Shown here piece by piece: positions 44,841 to 58,070 of a stretch of DNA of 64,000 bases. The notes beneath the pieces were generated by a model. That model was not told where the DNA came from. It saw nothing but the letters and a program-made list of their open reading frames with translations, and made no database searches. This stretch comes from Lama glama (Eukaryota): assembly GCA_028534125.1 (NCBI GenBank), contig CM052817.1, forward strand, positions 31,870,001 through 31,934,000, given 5' to 3'. Each line of letters opens with the position of its first letter. Position 1 is the stretch's first letter. The position numbers and the translations under genes are program-made.

Positions 44841-44913
44841 AGCTGCTGCTCCAGGACTTTAACAAAGACTTTATGCTAATTTCGAAAAACACAGAATCCT
44901 GTAGACTCAACAT
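44841..44913 (-). CDS. FRYL: Candidate alternative first coding exon A of FRYL (MLSLQDSVFFEISIKSLLKSWSSS + 1 nt), FRY exon-1-like
   Basis: ATG at 44913-44911 (GGCACAATGT, A at -3); 73 nt; donor GCT|GTAAGT; phase 1 fits the acceptor at 24405. Resembles the FRY N-terminus [23 protein letters not shown] (recalled, not searched). Confidence 0.82.
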
Positions 44914-44925
44914 TGTGCCCCAACT

Positions 44926-44988
44926 GGCTGCAGCAGCAGCAGCTGTAGCAGCAGCAGCAGCGGCAGCGGCAGCGGCAGCGGCAGCGGC
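44926..44988. repeat. Imperfect (CAG/CGG)n trinucleotide repeat, 21 units; GCN on the minus strand
   Basis: Directly visible; ends 12 nt upstream of exon A's ATG. Confidence 0.95.
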
Positions 44989-44989
44989 A

Positions 44990-45720
44990 ACGGATGTGTT
45001 GATCTCTCTCTCTCCAAGCCGCTGTCCCTTCTCCTCTCACAGGCAGCGGAGTTTTGGCCCACAGTGCCTCGGCTTCATTACCATGCAGTCTCGCAGTGAC
45101 GCACAACTATAGTGGAAACGCTGCTGAATGCAGATGAACTATCCAGTCGAATGAAAGCTTACAAGTTCATCGCGAGTGCCCTGAAGGACACCCTCACCTT
45201 TCTTTCTGTGGATATGCACGTGGCCGCAATGCTCCTCTCTGTTTATGCCCCTGTTATCAGTTTGGATGAGCTGTGTCCCCAGCTGCTTTCAGGGTAGTCA
45301 CTACTGCTGGTAAACAGGCAAGGGTAGAGCTCTGCCCTTGGATGCCAACTTTTCTCACTAGCTGAGAGCCTTAGAGATAAAAAATGAATTCAGATCTAAC
45401 ATAAGATCTTTAAGTCTCTTCCTGTAATAGCTGACCTTCCTCCTTGCCCCCCAAAATCGGTGGTATTTATCTTACTCCAATATCAGTTTTCTCTAAGTGA
45501 TTTGGGTAGTAAATTCTCTCCACTCCCCTACACATACGCAGGCAGCAAGCAGTGACTTTCTCAGCATGCTTTGATGATGCAGAGTCCACTGCCTCACTTA
45601 ACCCACCGGAGAGAACGCCGGCTATCGGCATGAAAGGATGATGTAATGAACACCGTGCCTGAGCTGCGATCATCCCTCTAAAACTGCTCAGCTCAGGACA
45701 AAGTTTCCTCTTCTGCAGGC
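44990..45720 (-). promoter_or_regulatory. Putative 5' leader / internal promoter region of exon A
   Basis: Higher GC and CpG than flanks, no repeat recognised, directly upstream of exon A; start site not determinable. Confidence 0.4.
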
Positions 45721-48700
45721 AACTTATTCAAAATAGAGAACTCCATTGTAATAATGGGATTATTTTAAAACATAGGGTCTACCATTCTTAATATAGTACA
45801 TAATCCCCCTGAAAATCTTATAGTTAGAATATCAATGAATAGAGGGAAATCCTCTGGTCAAATAAAATGCAGATTTTAAAAACTTTATTTTCTACAGAAG
45901 CTATTTTAAAATGGAAAACTGACACTATTAGAAGGCTGACTGCTCTTCAAAAGAGTAGAAAAATTCCACAATCAAACCTGACAAACAATACTTTGTTAAT
46001 ACTAGAAGAAAAATGTCTTGACCTCACAATTAGTTTACTGTGACTCTGAAGGTCAGTGGTGGGGGCGGGGGGGGGCATGTGTTTTTCCATAGGTGGCAAT
46101 ACATTTGTAGTGATTCATCTGTATTATTGTATCCTTTAAATACCACAAAGAATAAGTAAAATCAGTGATCAAAGCCATAATGGAATAGATTTATTCATAG
46201 CTAAATGGCTAGGCATTGTATTAAAAGCTAGGAGAATACCCTTCTATGCACAAGTATCATAGACTAAGGGAAAAAATAATCATATTCATTAAGACATATT
46301 CAGTGGCAACAGTATTTAATGAGAGTATTTAAATGAGAGTGTCATTTAAAGCTTGTATTTCTTCAGAGTAGTCCAAGAAATTTAGAATAAGATTGGGGCC
46401 ATTCCCACTCCTGAACAGGCCCAAAATCTAAATTCAAACCACAGCTACAAAGGCTAACCACACAGAACTTCAGTACCACAATACTATTGTTTGGGCACAC
46501 CTTCTTGATCAGTGACATCTCAGGATCAGACAAGAGCAAGTTTTCCCCTGCTCCAATGGCATAAAACTGCCTCAAGGGGTTGCCTGAATAAAGGATATTC
46601 CATGGTCCAAAAACAACGTCTACTATACCCATTCTTGTACATTAACAATTTCTGTCAACAAACAAAAGGCTCTTGGTTATACACAAACTGGTTTAATTTT
46701 TGTTTTTAATTAAAGTATTCCCCAAAGTGATTTGACAATACCATCCTCTTTTCATCAAACAGCTGCTAACAGATTCATGGACTATGCTGATCTAGACCCA
46801 AACTACATCAGTAAACGCCAAGACTCAGAACCGAACCATGTCAGAAAGCAGACAAGTTAGGAGACATACACACAGATATCTTACCTTATTTTTGCTAAGC
46901 CTATTAGTCTCACACAAATCTTAAAAGCTACTTAATACTATTTGACTATACTATCCCACCAAAGTAATCAGGGTTCATTCTTAGTAAAACTGTATAAACA
47001 AGCAAAACTGTCATACAGAATGTCAGAGCAGGATAACTTTTTTAGGGGGTGGGGGTTAAATAGTAGGTGATTTTTTTCACAATCTTTAAAAAAAGGATTT
47101 TCTTCTGCTTAAGTTTTGTGTACATGGATCTAAAACAATAAATCAGAACTTGAAGTTATTTTATATATATATTATATTATATATTATATCTAGTCAATCT
47201 GTTACTATGTATATACAGCCAAAGCAAATCAACAGTTTCTCTGAAACACAGATGCATAAAAATTAATTTCAGGGCTTATTTTGGAAGTTCCACTTTACAC
47301 TAGGACTTCCTTGTAGACAGAGGGTGAGTGAAAATGTGCACTTTACATTCACAGGGAGAATAATTCAACAGGCGCATGTGGGCAGACCCTGGGTTCTAAG
47401 CTTTATTCTGAAGTGTGAAAAATAAGTAAGTAGTGTTAATTATTCCAACTGTTAATCACAACTTCAACAACATTAATGGAATAAGTATTTCCTTCCTAAT
47501 CCTTCCCAAACATTCATTACCCAAATCGCTAAAGTATTAACCAGAAGAAATATGTATATGCTCAACAATCCTTTTAGAAGACTAGGGTAGAGTCCCAATG
47601 TATTCCAAATGCTTTCTCAATTCCTCAAGTACTAATCAAATTTTTAAATTACACAATAAGTAATACTCCTATCATTCTTCAACTGAGTTTTCTATCCTCA
47701 ACCTATCAATCACGGAAACACACACACAGCCAAGAGCTTATTGCAAGCTTGACAAAAGACCAGTCAAAATGTCAGTCCTCTATTTTATTCTTCCTATAAA
47801 TTCAGGATTTTCCAAGGTGTATCATACATACATATTTTTTTGTCTCATCACCATAAAAAGATAGCCTCAGAAATCATTTCTTGATGGCATATCCTTGGCA
47901 AAGCAGAAAAATCTATTTTGGATAATTTCCTTCAACAACTCCTCTCTGCCTTTTAGATTATGATATTAAAGAATGCTTTGTAAATGATAAGCTTTAGAAC
48001 ATTTAAAAGATACTCACAATTTCAATATTATCAGCCTTTGCTGAGGTCCCCTTGGCATGGGCCGGATACTGTAAAGCACTGGGTACAAAAGATGACCGTG
48101 CCAGTTCTTTTGTTCCCAAGGAAATTAGAAAGTAGGTGTCTTTCTTTCTTTTAATCAACCATTTGATGCTAAGCCCTTTTCACTGGCATTTTAATGATTC
48201 ATGGAATTGGTTACTTGCTTCACATTTCTAAGCAGAAGGTAGATAAAGGTACATCCTAATAAACCAAAAGAACGTGTACTACGAAAAATTCTCAGTAAAT
48301 CCTACAAAAATATTCCCATTTGGATTTAGAATCCAAACAAAATGTTCCTCAATAAATAATGAAATTTGGATTTAACTGAAAATATCATACATTTCCACAG
48401 AATTTAATGTTCCACCTACCCAAAAGGAAATAGACATCTTCAATTACCAACATTCTTAGGAAAAGTGCAAACATATGGATTATTTCTTATATTAACACCT
48501 TTTAAAATATCTCAGAGATAATTAAACTGGTATACAAAACAACCATAGTATGGAAAGAATAGAAACTTGGCAAGTTATTCTATGTAAAATGTCAAATATC
48601 CTATGGCTCCTAGAGCCTTCTAGAGCCCCCACAGATTTCAACCTCATTGAAAAGAGAAAAGACAGCTTTAGCTATGGAAGGAAAGATACTCTAAGGTCTA

Positions 48701-49226
48701 AATAATTAACATCACACATGAAATGTAAAAAAGAAAAAACAAAAAAGGCTGTAAAAATCACTTCATATTTTGTTTTGAAACCTCATCAAACAATACAACA
48801 AAACATTAACAGTAAATACCTATAATTATATCAGTAGTTAATATTTACTTTTTAGTGCATTTGCTTCTACGTTCTTCTCTCTGTATTTCCCAAATTTTCC
48901 ACAATGAATCTGTTTAAAAATTTTAAAACTTCATTAACAAAAAGAAAGCAGAGCTCCTTGGGAGAAATGGCTAATTCTAGGGCTAGAGCCTGGAACATCT
49001 TGTAAGGCCAGAAAATAGGAAAGGGCTCAAAACAAAATAATGTGGGTATGTCAAAGGGATATGGGAGCCAACTGAAAGAGCTGCCAAGAGACAAAGCTAA
49101 CACTTTCAGCAACAAAATAAACAACATAGTTGGAATATACCCCAAAGTATAAAGTAAATATCCAAGAGTCTATACTTACATAAATAAAAGATGAAATAAA
49201 TAAAGGAGAAAAGACAAATCTCACAT

Positions 49227-49748
49227 TGTACAGAAGAGTTAACCTAACAGGCTTGACTGATATTCTCTGAAAGGCCTGCTTACAAAATTGGCCCTTGGCT
49301 AGCATCTAAGAACTTAAATTTTAAGACGGGCCCACCATTCCCAGAACTGATAAGACTGGCTCATTATGCCTAAATTATTGATACAAACAATATAGTTTAT
49401 GCTGAACAACTGCTTCCTTCAGGGAGTCTAAAATTGGGTATGTGCCATGTAATCAGCCCCAATAAAAGTCCTGGGCACTGAGCTTTCCTGATTGGGAAGT
49501 CCACCTGTGGTGTTGCAGCTCAATTCTACGGAATCAGTTGCCAATTCTATGATGCTACTGGGAGATTCTCTAGAAGCCTGTGCCTGGGTCCCCTGGATTT
49601 TAGCCCATGCACCTTTTCATTTTGCTGACTTTGCTTAGTATCCTTTTGGTATAATAAATCATAGCTGTGAGTACAACTATATTCTGTGTTCTGTGAGTCC
49701 TTCCAGCAGGTCATTAAATCTGAGATGGTCTTGGGGACCTCTAACGCA
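49227..49748 (+). mobile_element. Solo LTR, MER68-like (ERVL)
   Basis: TG...CA ends, TGTACAGAAGAGTTAAC start, AATAAA and GGTCTTGGGGACC near the 3' end; family assigned from memory. Confidence 0.65.
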
Positions 49749-51274
49749 TGTTCATAAATTCCAAATAATTTATATAGATATGTCACCCTCAAGGAGGAGA
49801 ATTACTCCCCAACCCTTAAAAGTGTGGGCTATACTTAGTGACTCCCTTCCAAAGGGTACAATCATCAGTGATAAAGTCAAGAGTACACATTCTTGATATG
49901 ATATGATGGAGATGGCACTTTACCTCATGTTCTTCCCCCCCAAAACCCATAATCCTAGTCTAACCATGAAAAAACATCAAATAAACCTGAATTGAACAGT
50001 CTACAAAACACCTAACTAATACTCTTCAACATTATCAATGTCATCAAAAACAAAGAAAAGCTGAGAAACCCAGGCATTCTGTAGATACTCCAGAAGGGTC
50101 ATGGCCTTACTAATGGGGCTAAAGGCTACTTTAAACCCTCCTTAACATAGCTTCAACAGATCCAAAACAAGCCTAAAAGTATTGAGCTATCTGCAAGTAA
50201 CTGCCTTCCAGACAAAGAATAATACTCTTTAAAAGAATGTCACAAAATCCAGCTCTAAACAATGTCACATTTACAATGTCCAAATTATCTGTCAAGAAGT
50301 AGTAAATTATGTGTCAAGAGATAAAAAAATGAGGCCCATAAAATCAGTCAATAGAGATGATAAAGTTTGCATATGGACTTTTTAAAAAGCCATAACAAAC
50401 AGCTTAAAGACTTAAAGGAAAAATAAACACAATGAGAAAATAGAAGATCTAAAAGTAGACTCAAAGAGAACTTTGAGAGATAAAATGTGCAATATTTAAA
50501 ACAATAAATTGAATGGGTGAGACCAAGAGAAAGTTAGATTCTATGTAAGAAAAGATCAGTAAACTTGGAGAAATGGAAATAACTCTCCAAGGTGAAGCCC
50601 AGATAACAAAATAAGAGAAAAAAAAAAAAAAAAGAACAAAGCCTCAGTGACTTTTGGAACAACATCAAATAGTCTAACATATGTGTAGTTGGAATTTCAG
50701 AGGAGTAAAGAGGAAACACTATTTGAAGAAATCATGATAAAACACTTTCTAAAATTGATGAAGACTATAAACTTACAAAACCAAAACTCTCATCAAATTT
50801 CAAGCAAGAATAAATACACATACCAAAAACACATGCCAAGGTACACGATAAGCAAACTGCTGAAAACCAATGAAAAAGAAAATCTTTAAAGCAGTTAAAG
50901 AAACTGATAAGTTACATACAGAGGAACAAAGATAAAAATGAACACAAATGTTTAATCTGAAAGTATACAAAGCAGAAGTTGGAATGGTATCACTGAAAAG
51001 CTGAAAGCATAAAACTAATGACCTACAATTCTATATTCAGTGAAAATATCTTGCAAAGATCAAGCAAAAACTTTTCTAAGACAGACAAGAACTGAAAGAA
51101 TTTGTCACCAACAGATCTGCAAACAAAAAAATGTTGAAGTTCTTTAGGCAGAAATAAAATTATACAGGATGAAACCTGCATCCAACAATATTGTTGAAAA
51201 CAAATGATGAAAAGTGTTAAAAATGGTACATTTGCAGATAAGGAGATAACTTTTTATTTCTCCTTTAAAAAAAT

Positions 51275-51373
51275 TTTTTAATTAATGTTTTTAAATGGAG
51301 GTACTGAGGATTGAACCCAGAACCTTGTACATGCTAAGCATGTGCTCCACCACTGAGCTATTCTCTTCTCCCC
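51275..51373 (-). mobile_element. tRNA-derived SINE nested in an old L1
   Basis: Reverse complement of the same SINE head (GGAGGTACTGAGGATTGAACCCAG...CACTGAGCTA). Confidence 0.85.
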
Positions 51374-53561
51374 TTAAATTTCTTTATGTTAATTGACTGC
51401 TTAAAGCAAATGTGGTTAACAACATACTATCAGGTTTATAATATATATAGAAATAAAATATTTGACTACAACAGCCCAAAGGATGGAGGGGAGAAAAAGA
51501 AGTCTTAAGTTTCAAGTCTTACATTCTACATAAAATGTTATACTATTATTTGAAAGTAGACTGTACATTGAAATTCCTTTTGTAAGCCTCACAGCAACTA
51601 ATTTTTTTAAAAAAGAGAGATAATAAGCCAAAAGTAGAATAAATTAGAATACTAAAAAATATACAGTTAATCCAGAAGAAGGCAAGGGAGGAGAGGAAAA
51701 AAGAAAACATAACAGATGGGACAAATAGGAAACAAAAGCAAAACAGATTTAAACCCAACCCTGTCACTAATTACATTAAATATAAATGATCTAAACACTG
51801 TGTGGAAGCATCATGCCAGGTGCTAAAAGGATAATTTAGTAAATAAAATAAATGTTTGTGCCCTTGGGAAGATTAGGATCCAGTGGTGGAGACAGTGTGT
51901 GCTATGTGTGGGTATGTGTCCCCACATACACAGATCCAAATATAAAATAAATAGTTGTGATAAAGTTGCTATGAAGGCAATAAAGGGAAAACAGAGGAGG
52001 CCCTGCTGGGATAGCATGATCAGAGATGGCCACTCTGAGGGAAAGTATCAAATCTTAAATCTGTTCAGCAGTGGTACTTCTTCTGAAGAATGAATATGCT
52101 TAACTCCCAAAAGGAAAACAGATTAAAATTAAACTCTGGCTGACCCAGGTTAGAGCACCAGAGTCCTACCCACTTGCCTGAGGAGACTCTCACAGAATCC
52201 CTGAAATACCCATAGAGCTCCAAGAAATATTGAGGTCAATAATCGGATACTACAGATAAGTTCTGAGCAGGAACAAAGTCAGACAGACCAACCTGACAAG
52301 TTGGTTGGAGAAAGGGCTTGAGGGGAACACAGTGAAAGTCAGTGGGCTATCTAAATTGTGGAGGTGAGAGATAAGGACTAAAACGATAAATAGTATACAT
52401 ACTGAGAATAATTCAGAAAAGAGCAATAAAGATGGGAAGAAAAAGACAGATTCCACGTTTTCCCGGAATAGATACTTCTTGATATATTTGGTGACTGATA
52501 GTATTTTTTTTTAAAAAAGTAAAGCTGAAATACTCAAAAGTGACACCTAGGCTTAGGTGAATGGGTAGACAGCGGTACTAAATAGAGTAGCCAGGTGTAG
52601 GTCACATCAAGAAGGGTTTTGGCAACATAAGTCTAAAGGACAAAAGGGATGTCAGGAGAACACAGAGACGGAAGAGGAAAACAGTCTTCTCCATTTATGG
52701 AAGAGGGGTGGGTACTGAATTCATTATTTTCAAGTACATGCTAGCCAACAATAACTGCAAATTAATGAATTCAGCTGAAATGAAAAATAAAAGCAAACAA
52801 ACAAAAAAGAACAATGATTCAAGTACAGCACTGTGAAAGAGCAAATGGAATAATCAAGTAAGTAATGAGGGGAATTTTGTTCCTGACACACAAGGACCAG
52901 AATTCCATCTAGATTTCTGGAGAGAAAGGTTTTGGGTCATGTCCAAATTAACTGCTTATTTTAAAAGTATAAATCAAGTTTCTAAATTAATGGTCATAGC
53001 TATAAAAAAGTCTCTAACAAAAATAAGTTTTATACAAATGTCATAGATTGGATTAATGCATCAGTATATTCACAAATTAGCAACATAAAACCAATGAAGA
53101 AACATGTTAACTGAGCTCAGTAATCTGGGGAGTGGTTACCTACGCAGCAATTATATTACTTGGGTATCCCATAAGATACCATTACTGTTACCTTCCTGAC
53201 ACAGGATAATTTATTAATAGCCAACTTATTCCTAGCTTTTGATTTAAGTTCTTTTTATATATTTCACACATAAAACAAAAAAAATTGCTTCCTCTGCTTA
53301 AAATGAAGCAGTCTAGACCCTGTAATCATACTTCTTTCTCTGCCCTCACAAACCATACCAATTTGCTATCATTTGGCCCAGGGCTAAGATATTATTATTT
53401 CTTGAATGAAAAAAATCTATTTCTGAATATACTTAAAATTGATCCTTGAAATCTTAAGAACTCTAGACATCAGAAATTATTTTTAATTGCCTGTAATAAT
53501 TTTTGAAGATACTGGTAATAAAAAACCAGATATAAATTTTCTATTCAAAAGGCTAGTTACT

Positions 53562-53742
53562 GGGGGGGGAGGGTATAGCTCAAGTGGTAGAGTGCATGCT
53601 TAGTGTGCAAGAGGTTTTGGGTTCAATCCCCAGTAGCTCCAAATAAATAAATAAATAAATAAATTTTAAAAACTGAATTACCTCCCCACCCTCTAAAAGG
53701 AAAAAAACAACTTAAAAAAATAGCAAATGATTTTTTTAAAAT
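53562..53742 (+). mobile_element. tRNA-derived SINE (camelid Vic-1-like) with target-site duplication
   Basis: Full head, (AAAT)n, AATTACCTCCCC motif; direct repeat GGCTAGTTACTGG at 53551-53563 and 53743-53755. Confidence 0.92.
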
Positions 53743-55339
53743 GGCTAGTTACTGGATATCTATTTTTACAACACACACAGTGTATATTCACTGCCCCAAA
53801 AGAAACTAGAAGTATGAATACTAAGATACTTTCATTGTCAATATATGGTATACAGATGTATTGAGAAGAAAAGAGTATATGTGTTACAATTGGTCCCTCC
53901 TACTGGGAAAGAATAGGTAAAATTCTATGAACCATGAATAAGGCTGAACATAAAATGTATTGTCCAAAGCAGAACTTTTCTGAGTATGAAAATAGGCACT
54001 AACTATTAACAACATGCCAGAATAGAGATGTCAACAATTAACTGTCCAAGGTCAATGGAGATCAATGGTCACCTTACCCATGAAGCACTATTGCAAAGTA
54101 AAGGCTCACTACTTCCTGCCAACACTTGTCTTTCTGAATTTTTCCTACATTGTCAGTAGCATAATAAGTTTTCAATCAATTAGAGGGTTTTATTGTTAGG
54201 GCCACCTTTTATATCACTCTTAGTTTTGAAACAAAGGGGTGAGTTGGCAAAGCTGTAATAAGGTATAAGAAGAAGAGTCAGAATGAGGAAAGGAAAAGAA
54301 GTGTCAAACTGCAGAGTCAACCACATATGAAGAAAATAATTACACTTAGGAAGGGGAGTAGCAGCAGTATGAGGAAGAAAGGATGAAGAGATTGTCCAGT
54401 GCAATTAAATGGGCAAGCTCAAAACACAGGAAAAGGTTTATGCGTGGTCAAGCTTATTCATTATGCACTATATTAACACTGATTTGGAAGAGCCTACCTG
54501 TATAAGCTTAGCATTCTTTAAAATCTCTAAACCTGGTAAATCAGAACCTACTTCTTTATAAGATCCCCTAGGTCATTCTTAAGCACATTAAAGCTTAAGA
54601 AGAGCTACTTTAAATTATACTAATATAAAAACATCATTATCTTGCTTATGTCATTTTTAGCACACATCTATACTTGTTTAAAAATAGAGACTGGGAAAAT
54701 TCAGAATCCTAAGAACTAATAAAGATAATTTTTCTGCATTCCTTATGAAAAACTTTTCAGAGTTTTTTTTTTTTAAAGTTTCCACATCATGCAAACTAGA
54801 AATATATACCAGCTTATACAAAGTGTGTACTCTATCCATGTATATGGCAGTATGGGGTGACAGAAGTGGGTGGAAGGTACAGGTATAGCCAAGTGGACAA
54901 TGAGTTCCATTGTGGAAAGGACCATAAAACAAAATGACTAATAAAAAGCAACGATTTCAGAACTCCACATCAGGATACTAAGGCCATAAAGGAAATGTGT
55001 TAAGCCAACAATTGTTATCTTTAAAGAATAAACCACCTGGCCTTTTTCAAACAGTCAGAGAATCACAGATTTTTTTTAACTGGAGAGCCTTAAAGATCAC
55101 GTAGCATAATCCCTTAAACTTCAGATGAGACAATGGAAGCCCAGGGAGGACAAGTGATATAGTTGGATCCCAAATCAAATTAGTAAGTATTTACTGAACA
55201 CCTACTACAGATAAAACACTACTCCAAGGAAATAAGTATAATAGTGGATCCCTTCTTAAAAGGTTCCATTCTCTATTTCCCAGGTAAATTATCTGCATGT
55301 AGCTCTCTGATGGTAGCAATAGCCTTTCCATATCCTAGC

Positions 55340-55562
55340 TTAGGGGCTGGAACACTTTGTCTCACAGGACAAATCTGGTTCATCACCTGTTTTTATAAAT
55401 AGAGGTATACTGGGACATAGCCACACATATTCATTCACATTTCATCTGACTCTTTTTGCTCTATGAAGTCAGAGCTGAGTACTTGTGACAGAGATATATG
55501 GCCTGTAAATCCTAAAATATTTACTGTCTGGCCCTTTACAGAAAAAGTTTGCTAACCTCTCT
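55340..55562. mobile_element. MER58-like hAT non-autonomous DNA transposon
   Basis: Characteristic end CTGGCCCTTTACAGAAAAAGTTTGCTAACCTC. Confidence 0.72.
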
Positions 55563-58070
55563 TCTAGATTATCTTTCGCTTGCTTTGAAGGGTGTTTTTT
55601 TCCTCTCTCTCTCTTTTTTCATTTTCGAACTAATGGAAGGCAGGTTTTGCCTTAGGAACTACTGCCCACTGAGCAATGTGCTAGATGGTTTTGAAGGAAA
55701 AAGTCAGTGGGCTAAATATGGCAACTGACAGCAGCTCTCGGTAACAAGTAAAAACTTGCTCTAGAACATAAAGGACAAGAACCAAAAGACAGAAGACTAA
55801 CACTCAACAAACATTTAATAACCGCTTACCGAGTTGCCTGCCACTGGGCTAAGCTCTGGGGTACCCACATTAATAAGACCAACTCAGTTCTCAAAGAACT
55901 CACTATCTGGTGAAAGAAAGAATCCTTGTGTATTAAATGTAATAATAGAGGCTACAACGACAGAGAATAAGTAACTGAGGTTGGGGGTGAGGGAAACTAT
56001 TCAACCCCAAGGACAGTCACACACAGCCTTCTATCCCCCCTGCAGAGTTCCAGTTTCAGGAAGTAACCAGGATTGGAAGCTTATAACTATGTATAGTTGC
56101 CTCAACCCAAAGGCCACTATTTGTAGGTGGATGGAGTTAACCTTTGGACTGTACAGTTGCTTCCTGACTTCCTTTTATAGCACACTTTATTTTTGTTTAA
56201 CCTTTCTGATATAGTCTTTTAGTTACATTTTAAATTCACATTGAGCCTTAGTCATCTTAACCTATTTTACTGTGCATTTTTTAACCTCTGTTATTTTTTT
56301 AGAATCTTCTGATATTGATACTGGTTTTTTTTTTTAACATTTTTATGCATCTTTGTACACATTATTTCAATATTTTTGCCTAATATTTATTTACATTTTT
56401 CTTATCCCCCTTTTGTTTCAATTGCTTTATCTTAGACATAATACCTCCTTCCTTTTGCTTCTCTAAGTGAGAATAAAGAGGGATGATCATCAAAACAGTC
56501 AGCCACTAGGTAAGTATGGTAAGTGATAGTTTACAAACCCAGCCTCAGAGTAGAGGTGTGGCCTGAGGGCCCTGGTGTGCCTAGGACTTACCCTTTAGTT
56601 GATGAAACCTGGAGTGGTCAAAGAGGGTCCTGGGGTAGGGCAGGATGGCTAAAGCAGCCCAAGCACTTGGGGAAGGGATGTAGCAGGAGCTACAGATCAA
56701 CAGATATGAGAAACCGAAATATTTTACCAGTATCACCAAACCAGTACAGACTGGATAAATAGCAGTTCTGTGATGAGGAAACAGCAGAGTAAGTGGGATA
56801 GAGAGGAAGCTATTCCAGGCCTCTTAAAAAGGGAGACAGATGCAACTTTATTTCAGTTAAGTTTCTTGCAAGTCCACTCTAAAAGCCATGCAAGAAGACC
56901 CTGACCCTAATTCTAGCCATACTTAACTACCCCAGTTATTTAAAATATACAACCATGTAACTTAGGAGACAGTCTAAAATGACCCTTCTTAAGAAGTGTT
57001 AGGCTAACTTTAAGAACAGCCTAGAGAAACTATTAGAGAAGCAATACTGTTGCACTCACTTCTAAAAGCCTTTGTATCTGAATCACACAATCATTTGGCA
57101 ATAGGTATTTGGAAAAGCACATACTGGGAAAAAGAAGGAAAGCCGGGGAGAAAGTGTTGCAACTCAAGCTCCCATGAACTGTCATGTAGCTATAAATCAC
57201 ATGCTAAAATGCTTTGGAATTAGACACAATGAAAGACCTAGATCCAAATTCCTAGAATGTTTTCTATGATAGAACGCTCCAAAGACAAATTCTAAGTTAA
57301 ATTCTACCTCCAAGTCAAAAATCCAAAAGTTTTTGAAAATAATAATAATCACCATGTATTGAACCATGTATGAATTTTATTGCCATTTTTGGTAGTCTTG
57401 AAAACAATGGTACAAAAAAGGTATCATTCAAATTGATAAGTGAGGTCAACTGGCCTAGAGAGGTTAAGTAACCTCTTCAAGGACACACAGCCAGCCACCA
57501 GTGGAGCTCAGGTCAGTTTGGAGCAAGGCCTCACTCCACTCCGTTCTCAATACTTCATTGCCTCTCACTCATCGTGCCTGTAGGTCTTCCCAATATTTTT
57601 CCTCTATCATGAAAATTCTTACAGACTCAGACAAGGCATGAATATAACAATCACCCATAAGGCTTCTCCTATATCCTCCCATGAGTTCAGCTTGAAAAGT
57701 ACTCCAAAGGTTCTCTTAAGTAAGAGATCTTACTTGATTTCAGACACTATGAAAGCAAAGCCCAACACTTCCAAATCCCATTTGTATGAGCAAGAATTCC
57801 TGAACTCCTTCACATACTTACACAATGAGAACAAGGTCAAGCCACAAATTCCATAGCAGACGGATTATTATTTGGAGCTCAATTTCTTCCATGACATTGC
57901 CCTACCCAGCAAACTTTTAATTCCAAATGATTATTTTATCTCCTTTAGTCTGTAATCAGTATAAGCATCCGAAGTGACAGAAGAAAGCCTCATCTCAATT
58001 TTCTCCCAGGACCTTCTCTAAACTCCCTATTAATAGTCCAGTCTCTAAATACTTAAGTCATTCTTTACTC

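Larger units (their letters stand above)
48945..51800 (+). mobile_element. Composite of old L1 fragments (3'UTR piece, then ORF1/inter-ORF region) with nested LTR and SINE
   Basis: ORF1-like peptide LFEEIMIKHFLKLMKTINLQ...PRYTISKLLKT; A-rich strand bias. Confidence 0.72.

Noticed and set aside
44873..45112. Plus-strand poly-Ala ORF and minus-strand Cys/Arg-rich ORF in the track
   Set aside because: By-products of the triplet repeat. The frame with FRY similarity and a splice donor is a different minus-strand frame.
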